DNA from: Candidatus Aenigmatarchaeota archaeon
Lineage (GTDB): Archaea; Aenigmatarchaeota; Aenigmatarchaeia; GW2011-AR5
DNA length: 64,000 bases
Direction of reading: 5' to 3'
NCBI GenBank assembly: GCA_016187335.1
Contig: JACPJW010000001.1
Coordinates: 1-64,000, forward strand
Numbering within the stretch: the first letter of the stretch is position 1; each line of letters starts with the position of its first letter. Of the stretch, positions 18,371 to 27,802 are shown piece after piece. A program made the position numbers and the translations under genes. Below the pieces are notes generated by a model. It was not told where the DNA came from, did no database searches, and was given only the letters and a program-made list of their open reading frames with translations.

Positions 18371-19612
18371 ATGAACCTTGTAGACAAGGCGCAGAAAATC
18401 TTGCAGCAGCCTGTATGCGACCACTGCCTGGGCAGGCAGTTCGGCCAGCTGCTGAGCGGCTTCGGGAACGAGCAGCGCGGCTCGATCATGAGAACGCTCG
18501 CGGCGATGGCAGTTGACAAGGAAGACTACAAGGGCGATATTGATTTTTCCAATTTCGCCGGCTATTCGTTTCATAATTTGGAACTGAAACAAACTTTTCC
18601 GAAAAGTTTGACCAAAAGGGAAACCGAAAAATGCTCCGTGTGCTTCGGCTTGTTTGAGAAGCTGCCGCAGTGGCTGAAGAAAATAGAAGCGAAGGCGAAG
18701 AATCAGGAGTTCAGGACATTCCTCATAGGCACCAAGCTGTCTTCAGCGCTTATCGGCGCAGAGGAGGATCTGTGGGAAAGGGTGGGGATAGATTACTGCG
18801 AGCCCCTCAAGGCTGAGATAAACAGGGAAATAGGAAAAACTGTGGAAAGGAAGTTCGGGGTCCGCTTTAACCCGAAAAATCCCGACGTGAATTTCATTCT
18901 AGACTTTGATTCCGGCAGCGTTAGCATAGAAGTAAATCCGTTGTTCATCTACGGCGAATACCAGAAGCTCATACGAGGGATTCCCCAGACGAGATGGCCT
19001 TCGAGGAAGTACAGGACGAGCGTCGAGCAGATTATAGCAAAGCCTTTCATGAAAGCGACGCACGGCGCTGCGCATGCTTTCCACGGCATGGGCAGGGAAG
19101 ACATAGACGCCCGCTGCCTGGCATGGCGCCCTTTTGTTTTGGAAATATCAAGGCCGCGCATAAGGTCGGTTGATTTGAAAAAACTCCCAAGGCAGATCCC
19201 GAAAAAAGTAAGGGTCAGGAATCTGAAGTTTTCAGGCATAAACGAAGTCCGTGCAATCAAGGAAGCCAAGGCGGATAAGACATACCGCGCCGTCGTGGAG
19301 TGCAGCGATAAAATAAATAAGAACGACTTGAAAAGACTTTCCGCCCTTGTTGCAACAATATACCAGAAAACCCCCCGGCGCGTTTTGCACCGCAGGGCGG
19401 ACAAGGGGCGGAAGCGGGCTGTGCGCTCGATAAAAGCAAAATACCTCGGCCCCAAGAAGTTCCTGTTTGTTGTCAGGGGCGAGGGGGGGCTCTATATTAA
19501 AGAGCTTGTGAGCGGCGACGAAGGCAGGACAAGACCGAGCGTAGCAGAGCTGTTGGGAACAGCGTGCAGCTGCAGGGACCTGGACGTGATCAAGATACAT
19601 GTCAAGAAGTAG
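18371..19612 (+). CDS. pus10: tRNA pseudouridine(54/55) synthase Pus10
   Basis: CDHCLGR Zn motif, THUMP region, FHGMGREDIDAR catalytic motif, GGLYIKELVSGD. Confidence 0.95.
   Translation: MNLVDKAQKILQQPVCDHCLGRQFGQLLSGFGNEQRGSIMRTLAAMAVDKEDYKGDIDFSNFAGYSFHNLELKQTFPKSLTKRETEKCSVCFGLFEKLPQWLKKIEAKAKNQEFRTFLIGTKLSSALIGAEEDLWERVGIDYCEPLKAEINREIGKTVERKFGVRFNPKNPDVNFILDFDSGSVSIEVNPLFIYGEYQKLIRGIPQTRWPSRKYRTSVEQIIAKPFMKATHGAAHAFHGMGREDIDARCLAWRPFVLEISRPRIRSVDLKKLPRQIPKKVRVRNLKFSGINEVRAIKEAKADKTYRAVVECSDKINKNDLKRLSALVATIYQKTPRRVLHRRADKGRKRAVRSIKAKYLGPKKFLFVVRGEGGLYIKELVSGDEGRTRPSVAELLGTACSCRDLDVIKIHVKK
18590..18630 (+). repeat. Dispersed palindromic element copy C, in-frame inside pus10
   Basis: CAAACTTTTCCGAAAAGTTTGACCAAAAGGGAAACCGAAAA; 34/41 identical to the reverse complement of 8388-8428. 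Confidence 0.8.
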
Positions 19613-20162
19613 CCGGCACAAATATTTCTCTTTTCCTTTCAAATCTTCTTCTGAGATCCGCCTGTATTGCCTTCATGTCTTCAGGCGTATTGTTCTGGTA
19701 AATTATTACCTCGCATCCCAATTCTTCCGAGCAATCCGGGCTGATACGCTCCCATTGTGACAGCTGTTCGGATAAAAGCTCTAAGGATTTTCCTTCATCG
19801 CGCACTCTTCTTTCCAGAATACCTCTGTCTACATTTATCACCAGGAGGTATTTCTCATCAGAAAATCCTGTGATCAAGGCATTTGCGCGATCCTGCTGCC
19901 GGCGGTACGCTCCTTCCATTGCCAAATCGCGGCCGCCTATGAGCCTGATATTTCTTAAAATGTAGCTTGCTTTTCTGACCGCTGGGAATATTTCTTCATA
20001 GTCAGGCCATAAACGGAATTTTGCATAAGGAACTCCATATGCCTGCTCGATCATTTCATCATGGGATACACCGGCAAATGCCAATTCCTCCTGCAGAAAT
20101 CTTCGCACAGTAGTCTTCCCTGAGCCGATAACACCTGTAACGAGCACGAGCCTGGGGTACAT
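19602..20162 (-). CDS. P-loop nucleotide-kinase-like protein
   Basis: Walker A VTGVIGSGKTT near the start (ATG 20162); the longer ORF-track N-terminus runs into the rpl21e upstream region. Confidence 0.7.
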   Translation of the reverse strand: MYPRLVLVTGVIGSGKTTVRRFLQEELAFAGVSHDEMIEQAYGVPYAKFRLWPDYEEIFPAVRKASYILRNIRLIGGRDLAMEGAYRRQQDRANALITGFSDEKYLLVINVDRGILERRVRDEGKSLELLSEQLSQWERISPDCSEELGCEVIIYQNNTPEDMKAIQADLRRRFERKREIFVPATS

Positions 20163-20341
20163 AATTTCTAACCTGCGAATTACAAATTTCAACGCTTTTA
20201 AGGTTTTGTTTCGGATTAGTAAGTTGAATGGTGGTTCTCGGAGGTATCGGAACTGCCTATCTTGACATAATAATTTGGGGTTCTGATTATCTTCAAAAAC
20301 CAAAAGTTTTTGAGATGTCAAAATCATAGGAGATTTTGAAC

Positions 20342-20620
20342 ATGGTCCGGAAATCATACGGGAAGATGCGCGGCACAAGAAAGAAGCTGCGGATGCGCAG
20401 GAAGCCCACTTTGACAGGCTATCTGCGCGGATTTGATGAGGGGCAGAAAGTCCATATTAAGATTGTTTCCTCGGGCAGTTTTCCTCAGCCGAAATTCCAC
20501 GGAATGACGGGAATGGTCGTTGAAAGGCGGGGAAAATCTTATGCAATCCAGGTCCGCGACGGCAACAAATCAAAAACAGTTTACCTTAGGCCCGAGCATC
20601 TGGAGCCTGTGAAAAAGTAA
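20342..20620 (+). CDS. rpl21e: 50S ribosomal protein eL21
   Basis: SYGKMRGTRKKL...KVHI...FHGMTG...GKSY...RPEHL; synteny with rpoF. Confidence 0.93.
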   Translation: MVRKSYGKMRGTRKKLRMRRKPTLTGYLRGFDEGQKVHIKIVSSGSFPQPKFHGMTGMVVERRGKSYAIQVRDGNKSKTVYLRPEHLEPVKK

Positions 20621-20696
20621 GTGAAACGGAAAGGAAATGGCAAGTTTGTAAGAATCTGGAAATTGCACTAATAAATCATTTCCATCTTGACAAAAG

Positions 20697-21035
20697 GTGA
20701 ATGTTATCGAAATCCTCAGCGAAGAAGACGTGAACATTGTTGAAGCAAAGAGAATTCTGGAAGAGCGCAAAAAAGAAAGGGATCTGGTTTACGAGCAGAA
20801 AATCTGCCTGGAGTACCTGGAAAGGATACCCAAGCTCACGCAGAGGCAGGCCGAGGACCTGGCGCAAGAGCTGGCAAAGATACCGGTCATGAAGCCCAGG
20901 TACATAAACATCGTAATCAGCGTGCTGCCGGAAACGGAGGAAGAAGTGGATGCCTTGTTCAGCAAAGAAAGGACCAACCTCAAGAAAGAGGAAATAAAGC
21001 AGATTGCGGAAATCGTCAGCAAGGCGAGAAGGTAA
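20697..21035 (+). CDS. rpoF: RNA polymerase subunit F (Rpo4)
   Basis: EAKRIL...YEQKICLEY...VLPETEEEV; follows rpl21e as in the conserved archaeal cluster. Confidence 0.88.
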   Translation: MNVIEILSEEDVNIVEAKRILEERKKERDLVYEQKICLEYLERIPKLTQRQAEDLAQELAKIPVMKPRYINIVISVLPETEEEVDALFSKERTNLKKEEIKQIAEIVSKARR

Positions 21036-21164
21036 TTAACGGAATGGGGCGGCTTCGTTAATAATTCATGTTCATTCTCAGAATGACAGAATCAAGTCAA
21101 ACTGAAACTTGGATCGTTAAGAAATCATATCATGCTTGATCAATTTCTTTGCCTTTTCCTGGAT

Positions 21165-23840
21165 TTACGGGCAGTATTGCCCCCATTCGTCCTCGGTAGG
21201 CTCCGCTCCCGAGCAGCAGGCCTGTCCTTCGCTTATTGAATAATATTGATCCACACAGCTTACTTGAGTGAATTTGTCTTCGCCGCCGGTTCCGCTACCT
21301 CCGCCTGATGAGGGGCAGTAATAATATCCGTAATAATCCTGGACAGGCTGCTCGCCGGAACAGCACTGCTGCGTATACGGGTCAACATCCATGTAGTCTT
21401 CAACGCAGCCCGCAGGAACAAAGTCGTCCCAATAACCACCGCCTCCTGACGACGAGCTGCTTGTTTGCGCCAGGAGGTTGCTGGTCGCATCGTCCGCCCA
21501 CACCCAGCATTGCGTTTCCGCGTCTTCGCCTTCAAATGTCTCGTAGCTCCCTATGCAATCGCCAGTGCTTTCTGAATCCACGCACCAGTAAGAGTATCCC
21601 GTATCACTGCCAACATCCGTAACAGCGCAACCGTAGAATGCATTTTCGCCTGCTGTCGCTCCGGCTGGTTCAAATCCCGGACCTGCTGCGAGCGTGTCGG
21701 AAGGGAGTTCCCTTTCTATCTCTGCTATAGTCCTGGTTCGTGTCGCTGCTGGTGTGCATGTTTCAAGGGTTCTGCTGCATCCCAATCCTCTGTAAACATA
21801 CGCATCAGCGCCCATATCGTATTCGCATGAACATGCTCCGGCTGTTGTTCCTGTTTTGCTCTGCGCTGCTGCAACCGTGCACTCTCTGTCAGCATATAAA
21901 GTGGAAAGACAGTCGCTTCTTGCTCCGCTGGGATAGCACTGGTATCTTCCGGAATTATCTTTGCATAACTGGCTCGTTTCCTGCGCGGAAGTGGTTTTCT
22001 GCGCCGCTGGTGTTCCTTCCTCTACAACGCAATAGCTGTTCTTTGAAACAAGCTTCTTTCCTGCATCATTTGCATCACAGCATTTCGCACCTGAATCAAG
22101 GAACCCTCTTTCCTTCACGCAAGCCTGCCGGCCGTAAGGGAAGGAAGTAACGGACTCCGCTGTCTTGGGTTCTTCTGGTTTTGCTGACGTTCCTTTGTCT
22201 CCCAGCGATTCGCGTTTCGCTCCCCATGTCAGGCAGCACGTGTCGCCTTCGCCGGCTGTAGTGCATGACTGGGATTCCCTTGAAGACGAGGAGCTTCGCA
22301 GCCATCCCTTGCTTATTACGCAGTTCTTGTATGCTTCGCTGCTGCTGCTTATGCATTCGCCCTTGAGCTGGGCGCAGTATGTCCTCTTTGCTGCCGCCGT
22401 CGTTGCCGCGCCGCTTTTCTTGGCTTCGCATTCTTCTTTTGTTGAATAAGATGACAAAGTCCTGCTGGGGTCGCATTCTGTAACGCACACTTCTGCGTAT
22501 TCTCCCGAATCCGGCTCGTCAAGGGCGCAAAGCTTGTATTTCTGTTCTGCTGCGGCCTCGCCGTATTTGACAATAACAGCAAACCTGTCGTAAGTCTTGC
22601 CGTCAGCAACAAGCTGGACAGTACCGGTGTCAATGCTTGCTATCGGCCTGCTTCTCGCTGATGCCCTTGTCCTTTCCCGCAGGACTTCTTCCGTTGGCAC
22701 GCTTCCCAGCACGTCGCCCGGTTTCAATGTATCTTTATACTTATTCAAAGCCGCCTGGCATTGAGAAAGCGCTGTGGAGCCTGCATAGCCTTCTGCTTTC
22801 AACACATCAAAGCCTGTATCGTACGGCAGTTCGCCGGAGCTGTCCCCGCATTTCTGCCTGCAGTATATCTTTTCCGTCAATGATGCTTCGTCGTACGCGG
22901 AGCACGCAAAAACGTTCTGCGACACTGCTACGGGTTTCGTTACTGTGGTGACAGGTCGCGCTGGCGCTTTTGTTGCTGGGGGTTTTGCAGTAGTTATCGT
23001 GGGTTTTTTAGCAGCTGCCTCGCTCTCACGTTGTTTTGTCCTTGCCTCGGCTTCCGCTTTCTGGCGGGCGTTAAGAACTGACGGTTCCGCAGGCTCTTTC
23101 TTTCCGCCTATGTTTATGCAGCATTCCTCTTCAAGTTTGCACTCCGAGACAGTTCCCTGAAACACTGTCCCGCCCAACTGGTCGCACCCGCTGGCTCCAA
23201 GTACAGTGTTCTTTATTCTTGTGCATCTCCCGTTAAGAGGCTGGCCGCTGCATTTTGGCGCAGAGCCTACGCGAATACAGCTTTCCCACCATGAACATCC
23301 CTCGCGGTCCAATCCTTCTCTTCCAAAGCCTAAGAATCTGCATTCGCCTTTCCTTCCGTACTGGTCTGTATCCGTGCACTTCAGTTTTTGAGAAGTCGGC
23401 GCGGCGGCGGGCGGCGGAGCAGGAGATGACGCCTTTGAAGCATCGGTCTTTGCCTTTTCACATTCAGCTTTTGCATAAGGTCCGCCTTTCGCGTACTGGG
23501 ATTCGTCATTACAGCTTTCAAGGCAGTCAAATCTTTTGCTGTCCCTTACATATCCGCACAGGTAAAATTTCCCTGCAGTCTGCATCCCCGTTATCGGAAT
23601 AGCCGCCTCTTCCTGCAGCGCCGCTTTTTCCTCCTGCGGCTGCAGCGCAAAGTATGTTCCTTTGTCCGTGTCTACCTTCACAACAGAATACGAAGCGAAG
23701 CCCGTCGCAGCAGAAAGATTTATCTGGGAATAAAAAATTGCCATCGCAACCAGCAGGGAAGCTGCAAGAATGTAGCGCGACGAGGGCACATTATGGCTCT
23801 TTTCGCCTTTGGAATGCTTTCTGTATTTCCGTGGCATCAA
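21165..23840 (-). CDS. Large Cys-rich secreted or anchored protein
   Basis: 891 aa; N-terminal TM/signal segment; many short Cys modules shared with 23965-26178. Confidence 0.8.
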   Translation of the reverse strand: MMPRKYRKHSKGEKSHNVPSSRYILAASLLVAMAIFYSQINLSAATGFASYSVVKVDTDKGTYFALQPQEEKAALQEEAAIPITGMQTAGKFYLCGYVRDSKRFDCLESCNDESQYAKGGPYAKAECEKAKTDASKASSPAPPPAAAPTSQKLKCTDTDQYGRKGECRFLGFGREGLDREGCSWWESCIRVGSAPKCSGQPLNGRCTRIKNTVLGASGCDQLGGTVFQGTVSECKLEEECCINIGGKKEPAEPSVLNARQKAEAEARTKQRESEAAAKKPTITTAKPPATKAPARPVTTVTKPVAVSQNVFACSAYDEASLTEKIYCRQKCGDSSGELPYDTGFDVLKAEGYAGSTALSQCQAALNKYKDTLKPGDVLGSVPTEEVLRERTRASARSRPIASIDTGTVQLVADGKTYDRFAVIVKYGEAAAEQKYKLCALDEPDSGEYAEVCVTECDPSRTLSSYSTKEECEAKKSGAATTAAAKRTYCAQLKGECISSSSEAYKNCVISKGWLRSSSSSRESQSCTTAGEGDTCCLTWGAKRESLGDKGTSAKPEEPKTAESVTSFPYGRQACVKERGFLDSGAKCCDANDAGKKLVSKNSYCVVEEGTPAAQKTTSAQETSQLCKDNSGRYQCYPSGARSDCLSTLYADRECTVAAAQSKTGTTAGACSCEYDMGADAYVYRGLGCSRTLETCTPAATRTRTIAEIERELPSDTLAAGPGFEPAGATAGENAFYGCAVTDVGSDTGYSYWCVDSESTGDCIGSYETFEGEDAETQCWVWADDATSNLLAQTSSSSSGGGGYWDDFVPAGCVEDYMDVDPYTQQCCSGEQPVQDYYGYYYCPSSGGGSGTGGEDKFTQVSCVDQYYSISEGQACCSGAEPTEDEWGQYCP

Positions 23841-23964
23841 ATATCAATTGTTATTTGTGATAAGTGAAATAAATAGATTTTCGCCAAGACGGGAAGATGA
23901 AATACTGCAGCTTCGTTCCATGAATTTCCGTTTGACAATATCATAAGGAATAGAATTATGCCCT

Positions 23965-26178
23965 CTACGCGCCGCAGTAAAAGCTGTCCCACCCTTCGCC
24001 GCATCCCTGATAGACGGAGTAGTCGAGGTCATAATCGTAAACGCATTCGCATGTATCCGTCTGGTCAGACGTCGGCACGAATTCGTCTCCGCCTTCAAAT
24101 CCGCCGCCTTCGGCCGGAGTTCCCTGCCATTCTGCAGCAGGCGCCTTCAGTTCCCTGCCTGTTTTTTGCTCGCATTCTTCTTTAGGCATGTCTGATTCAA
24201 CAACAGTATCCCAGCCGCAATCAGATGCTTCAGAGCAGTATTTAACATTATAGACATCGCCGTAGTAATCCGTCTCCTCGTATGAGCACAGCACCCTCGG
24301 CTCAAACTTCAGGCAGCACGTGTCGCCCTTGCCTGCTGTAACGCACGACTGCGAAGCTGATGAATATGAAGGGCTTGTCAGTTCCAATCCTGTATAACAT
24401 GAATCAACGCTTGAATCCACGCACCTGCCTATGAGGTCCTCGCAATAAGTCCTTTCTGCAGCAGGCTTCGCAGGCTCGGCCGGTTTCGCGGGCTCTGCAG
24501 GTTCAGCAGCTTCGGCAAATCTGATGATTACTGCTGTCCTGTCGTAAGTATTTCCTTCAACAGTCAGCGTCTGGTAGCCCAGGTCAACGCTTTTTATCAA
24601 GTCGCCGTGAAACAGCGACCCAGGACTCAATTCATCTTTGTATTTCTTCAAAGCGACCTGGCAGTCAGAAAGGTAATCAAATCCATTTGACCTCATGATG
24701 CCTGTATCGTAAGGGTCGTTGAATATTCCTTCCAGGGCGTCCCCTCCGTTCTCCGGCCCGCACTTCTGCCTGCAGTATATTTTCTGCAGCAGCTTATCAG
24801 GTAGCAGACTCCCCGGCGGTTCCCCTTCATATCTAGTGCACCCGTAAAACGTCGTGGCGCGCAGGACTTCGGACGTGGTCGTCGTTGCGCCGCGCGTAGG
24901 GGTTGGCGCGGGCGCTGAAGGTTTTGTAGCCGCTCTTGAAGGCACTGACGATTCAGTACATAAAACATTTCCCTGTTCATCATTAACAGGATTGAGTCCT
25001 CCGCAGCATGACTCCCCTGCTTTTGTTATGTAATCACCTTTCTTCACGCAGGAAGGTCCTGGTGCTTCAGGCACGCCCGTTTCTCTTTCCAGCCTTTTCT
25101 TGACAACTTCGCATTGAGCAAGGGTGCTGAATCCGCTCTCAAATCCTTTCACACTTACTTGGTAATCCGTAGCTGTCTTGTCACACTCAAAACCGCAGTA
25201 ATACGGAACGTTTGTCACTAAAAACGTGGTTCTGCATAATTTATAATAGCGGGAAACAGAAGGCGCCGCAGGCACTGCAGAAGATTTTACGCACTGCCTG
25301 TTTTTGGAAACCAATCCTTCGCAACAGCTGTCTCCAGACCTTTCAATAAACTGTCCTTCCTTGACACAAAACGTTCTTGCAGCAGGCTGCGCTGCTGCAG
25401 GCTTCACGCATTGTTTATTTTTGGAAACAAGACCTTCGCAGCATGCATCCTTGGCTCTTTCAATATATTGTCCTTCCTTGACGCAGAATTGTGCCGGTGG
25501 CTGCGCTGATGGTGTGGTAACTTTGTAGCATGCACTCCAGAAATCACATCCCTCGCGATCTTTTAGTTGTTCCCTGCCAAAGAAGCCTTGCCAAGTACAT
25601 TCTCCTACAACACCTTTGGAATCCTCTTGCCAGCATTTGAGTTTAGCAGAAACCGAAGACTGTGCAGCTGCTGACGGCTGTGCTTGTGATAGCCCCGCGG
25701 ATGCTGCAGCTCCCTGGGTGCTCTCGCTCTGCCTTGTTCTCGCCTCGGCTTCTGCCCTTTGGCGGGCGTTAAGTCCCGATGCTGCGGATGGAGTTGATGG
25801 CTGCACTGATGGAAGCGCTCCTCTAAGACAGCATGCACCTGTATATCCGCATGAGCCAGCTACCTCGCTGTCAGGACATGGCGAACCAAGAAGAAAGTAG
25901 GGTTTTCCTTTGCACTCAGCGCTGATTCTTGGATTATTCGCGCATGTTTTTTGCTGAGGCCGTGTTCCGGCTTCTTCCGTCGCAAATCCCGTCACCGGCA
26001 CCGCAGCCTTTTCTTCCTGCACGTCAACGTAAAAAGAGCCCTGGGCAAGCTCGGGGTGCGCTTCGGTAAAATCTGTCACAAGCCCCGTCACGGAGCCTTT
26101 CACGTCTAAAGCCGAATAGGCAAACGCGAGGGAAACAAATAAGAAAAGCACCCCTAACTCTTTCAGAATGCGGGACAT
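23965..26178 (-). CDS. Large Cys-rich secreted protein, paralog of 21165-23840
   Basis: 737 aa; signal peptide; tandem CVKEGQxIER...CCEGLVSKNxQCVK repeats; AEPAKP repeats. Confidence 0.8.
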   Translation of the reverse strand: MSRILKELGVLFLFVSLAFAYSALDVKGSVTGLVTDFTEAHPELAQGSFYVDVQEEKAAVPVTGFATEEAGTRPQQKTCANNPRISAECKGKPYFLLGSPCPDSEVAGSCGYTGACCLRGALPSVQPSTPSAASGLNARQRAEAEARTRQSESTQGAAASAGLSQAQPSAAAQSSVSAKLKCWQEDSKGVVGECTWQGFFGREQLKDREGCDFWSACYKVTTPSAQPPAQFCVKEGQYIERAKDACCEGLVSKNKQCVKPAAAQPAARTFCVKEGQFIERSGDSCCEGLVSKNRQCVKSSAVPAAPSVSRYYKLCRTTFLVTNVPYYCGFECDKTATDYQVSVKGFESGFSTLAQCEVVKKRLERETGVPEAPGPSCVKKGDYITKAGESCCGGLNPVNDEQGNVLCTESSVPSRAATKPSAPAPTPTRGATTTTSEVLRATTFYGCTRYEGEPPGSLLPDKLLQKIYCRQKCGPENGGDALEGIFNDPYDTGIMRSNGFDYLSDCQVALKKYKDELSPGSLFHGDLIKSVDLGYQTLTVEGNTYDRTAVIIRFAEAAEPAEPAKPAEPAKPAAERTYCEDLIGRCVDSSVDSCYTGLELTSPSYSSASQSCVTAGKGDTCCLKFEPRVLCSYEETDYYGDVYNVKYCSEASDCGWDTVVESDMPKEECEQKTGRELKAPAAEWQGTPAEGGGFEGGDEFVPTSDQTDTCECVYDYDLDYSVYQGCGEGWDSFYCGA

Positions 26179-26405
26179 CAGATATCAGATGTTATTTGTG
26201 AGACCCAGAACTTAAAGTTTTTTTGCAGAATTGCCGGAATCTCTTCGCATCTAGGACAGGATTTAGACCTCAAGCAGCTTGAAGCACAAAGTGCTTCGGT
26301 TTGTTTGCCTTGATTAACAACCTTTTAAAAAGACTATTATCTAATAACATGAAAACGGTAAAATCACAAAAATGATAGACATGAAAAAGAGGGCGATGGT
26401 TTGCT

Positions 26406-26960
26406 ATGAAAGAGGAGCATTGCGTAATCCTGGATTTCCTGCCGAACGGATACCCGGATCGGCGTCACGCAGAACCGGTAGCCCAGGCTTTAGGCACCTC
26501 GTTCTTTTCCTTGCTTGAGCTTGTCCCGAGGGAAGGCATCAATTTATCGCAGGAGGAAGAAGTCTACATCGGCGAAGGCAAGCGCGACAAGATAAGGTTC
26601 ATCAAGGGGCAGCTGCAATACAACGAACTGACAAACATGGCGCAGAACACGCTGGAAGACGTCATGAACAAGATAGTGAGCGGCAGCGAGGCCCAGTTCG
26701 TGGATTTTTTCAACAAGGCGAAAATGATCACCCCAAGGATGCACCAGCTGCAGTTATTGCCGGGCGTTGGAAAAAAGCACCTCAGCGACTTGCTGGACGA
26801 GCGGAGGAAAAAACCTTTCGAGAGCTTTGCTGACATAAACCAGCGCGTCAAGTTCTTCCCCGACCCGAAAAAAACAATCATAGCGCGGGTATTAGAGGAA
26901 TTGCGCAACGACGAGAAGTACTGCTTATTTGTCAACAAGCCGAAGAAGAGGGAGTACTGA
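26406..26960 (+). CDS. DUF655 family putative RNA-binding protein
   Basis: ILDFLPNG...QALG...FSLLE, F.N.A..ITPRMHQLQLLPGVGKK HhH motif; usual neighbour of rpoF. Confidence 0.9.
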   Translation: MKEEHCVILDFLPNGYPDRRHAEPVAQALGTSFFSLLELVPREGINLSQEEEVYIGEGKRDKIRFIKGQLQYNELTNMAQNTLEDVMNKIVSGSEAQFVDFFNKAKMITPRMHQLQLLPGVGKKHLSDLLDERRKKPFESFADINQRVKFFPDPKKTIIARVLEELRNDEKYCLFVNKPKKREY

Positions 26961-26961
26961 A

Positions 26962-27191
26962 TCACAAAGATTCGTTAAATTCTTCAACTGTCAATCCTGC
27001 TTCCTTTATAATAGCATAAAGTGTCCCTTTCTTCATGTCCTTGTTATGCATAGGAACAACAATTCTTTTCATTTTGTTTCTTTATGGCGCATAATAACAT
27101 GACTGCCGCTCTGATGATGGATAAAGAATCCATGTTTTGCAAGAATTCTTATAACTTCTTTCGGCTTAACAGAAGGTAGTTTAGAAGTCAT
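26962..27191 (-). pseudogene. hicA: HicA-family toxin, frameshifted
   Basis: Manual translation MTSKLPSVKPKEVIRILAKHGFFIHHQSGSHVIMRHKETK* (TGA 27069-27071) continues in the -1 frame as MKRIVVPMHNKDMKKGTLYAIIKEAGLTVEEFNESL*. Confidence 0.8.
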
Positions 27192-27192
27192 C

Positions 27193-27432
27193 TCAATCTT
27201 CTATAGCGAATCTTATTTTTTCTCTTATGGGTATTTTCCTTATATCCGTTGGAAGTTCTTCCCCGTCTTTTACAAGGCTCTCGCAATAAAGCCTTATGGC
27301 TTCCCTTACGTTTTTCTTTGCTTCAGCCAGCGTGTCGCCTTCCGTTATGCAACCCGGCAGAGAAGGAACCAAAACAGTATAGCCGCCTTCCGGTTGAGGC
27401 TCAAATATAACAGTGTATTCCAGATACTTCAT
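27193..27432 (-). CDS. hicB: HicB-family antitoxin
   Basis: YTVIFEPQPEGGYTVLVPSLPGCITEGDTLAEAKKNVREAI; directly upstream of hicA. Confidence 0.9.
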   Translation of the reverse strand: MKYLEYTVIFEPQPEGGYTVLVPSLPGCITEGDTLAEAKKNVREAIRLYCESLVKDGEELPTDIRKIPIREKIRFAIED

Positions 27433-27497
27433 TTTTTTCTTTCCCACAATTTCACCTGTAACTACATGCAGTCAGAAACTTATAAGCATATTTTCCT

Positions 27498-27767
27498 TCA
27501 CGCGCAGCTGCACGCGCAGTAGTACACCGTATCGTTTGCTCCGGTCACGTTCGCATTGTAGAAGGTGAGGTTGTTCCCGGTGCATGTGGTGTTGCACCAG
27601 CTGCTGCACATCTTGTTGGGAGTGAACGTGTCGTCTATGAGGGCAGCGGCGTAGAAGTCGCTTTTCAATAATTCAAGAGAGAATTCGCGCAAATTTGCAG
27701 ATGATACGCACCCGGAAACAAGGAGAACCGCAGCAAGCGCGATTAAATATTTCACAAAGACTTTCAT
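27498..27767 (-). CDS. Small Cys-rich putative lipoprotein
   Basis: Start MKVFVKY (27767), lipobox-like LVSGC, CxxxCxxxC...CxCxC, four N-x-T sequons. Confidence 0.65.
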   Translation of the reverse strand: MKVFVKYLIALAAVLLVSGCVSSANLREFSLELLKSDFYAAALIDDTFTPNKMCSSWCNTTCTGNNLTFYNANVTGANDTVYYCACSCA

Positions 27768-27802
27768 AAAGACTATCTTAAGGTGCAAAAATTTTAAAGA
27801 CT

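Noticed and set aside
20163-20378. N-terminal extension of the kinase-like ORF
   Set aside because: Runs through the palindromic spacer and overlaps the rpl21e start; the Walker A position supports ATG 20162.
26250-26275. T-arm-like AGGTCTAAATCCTG on the minus strand
   Set aside because: No 5-bp T stem, acceptor stem or D arm; not a tRNA.
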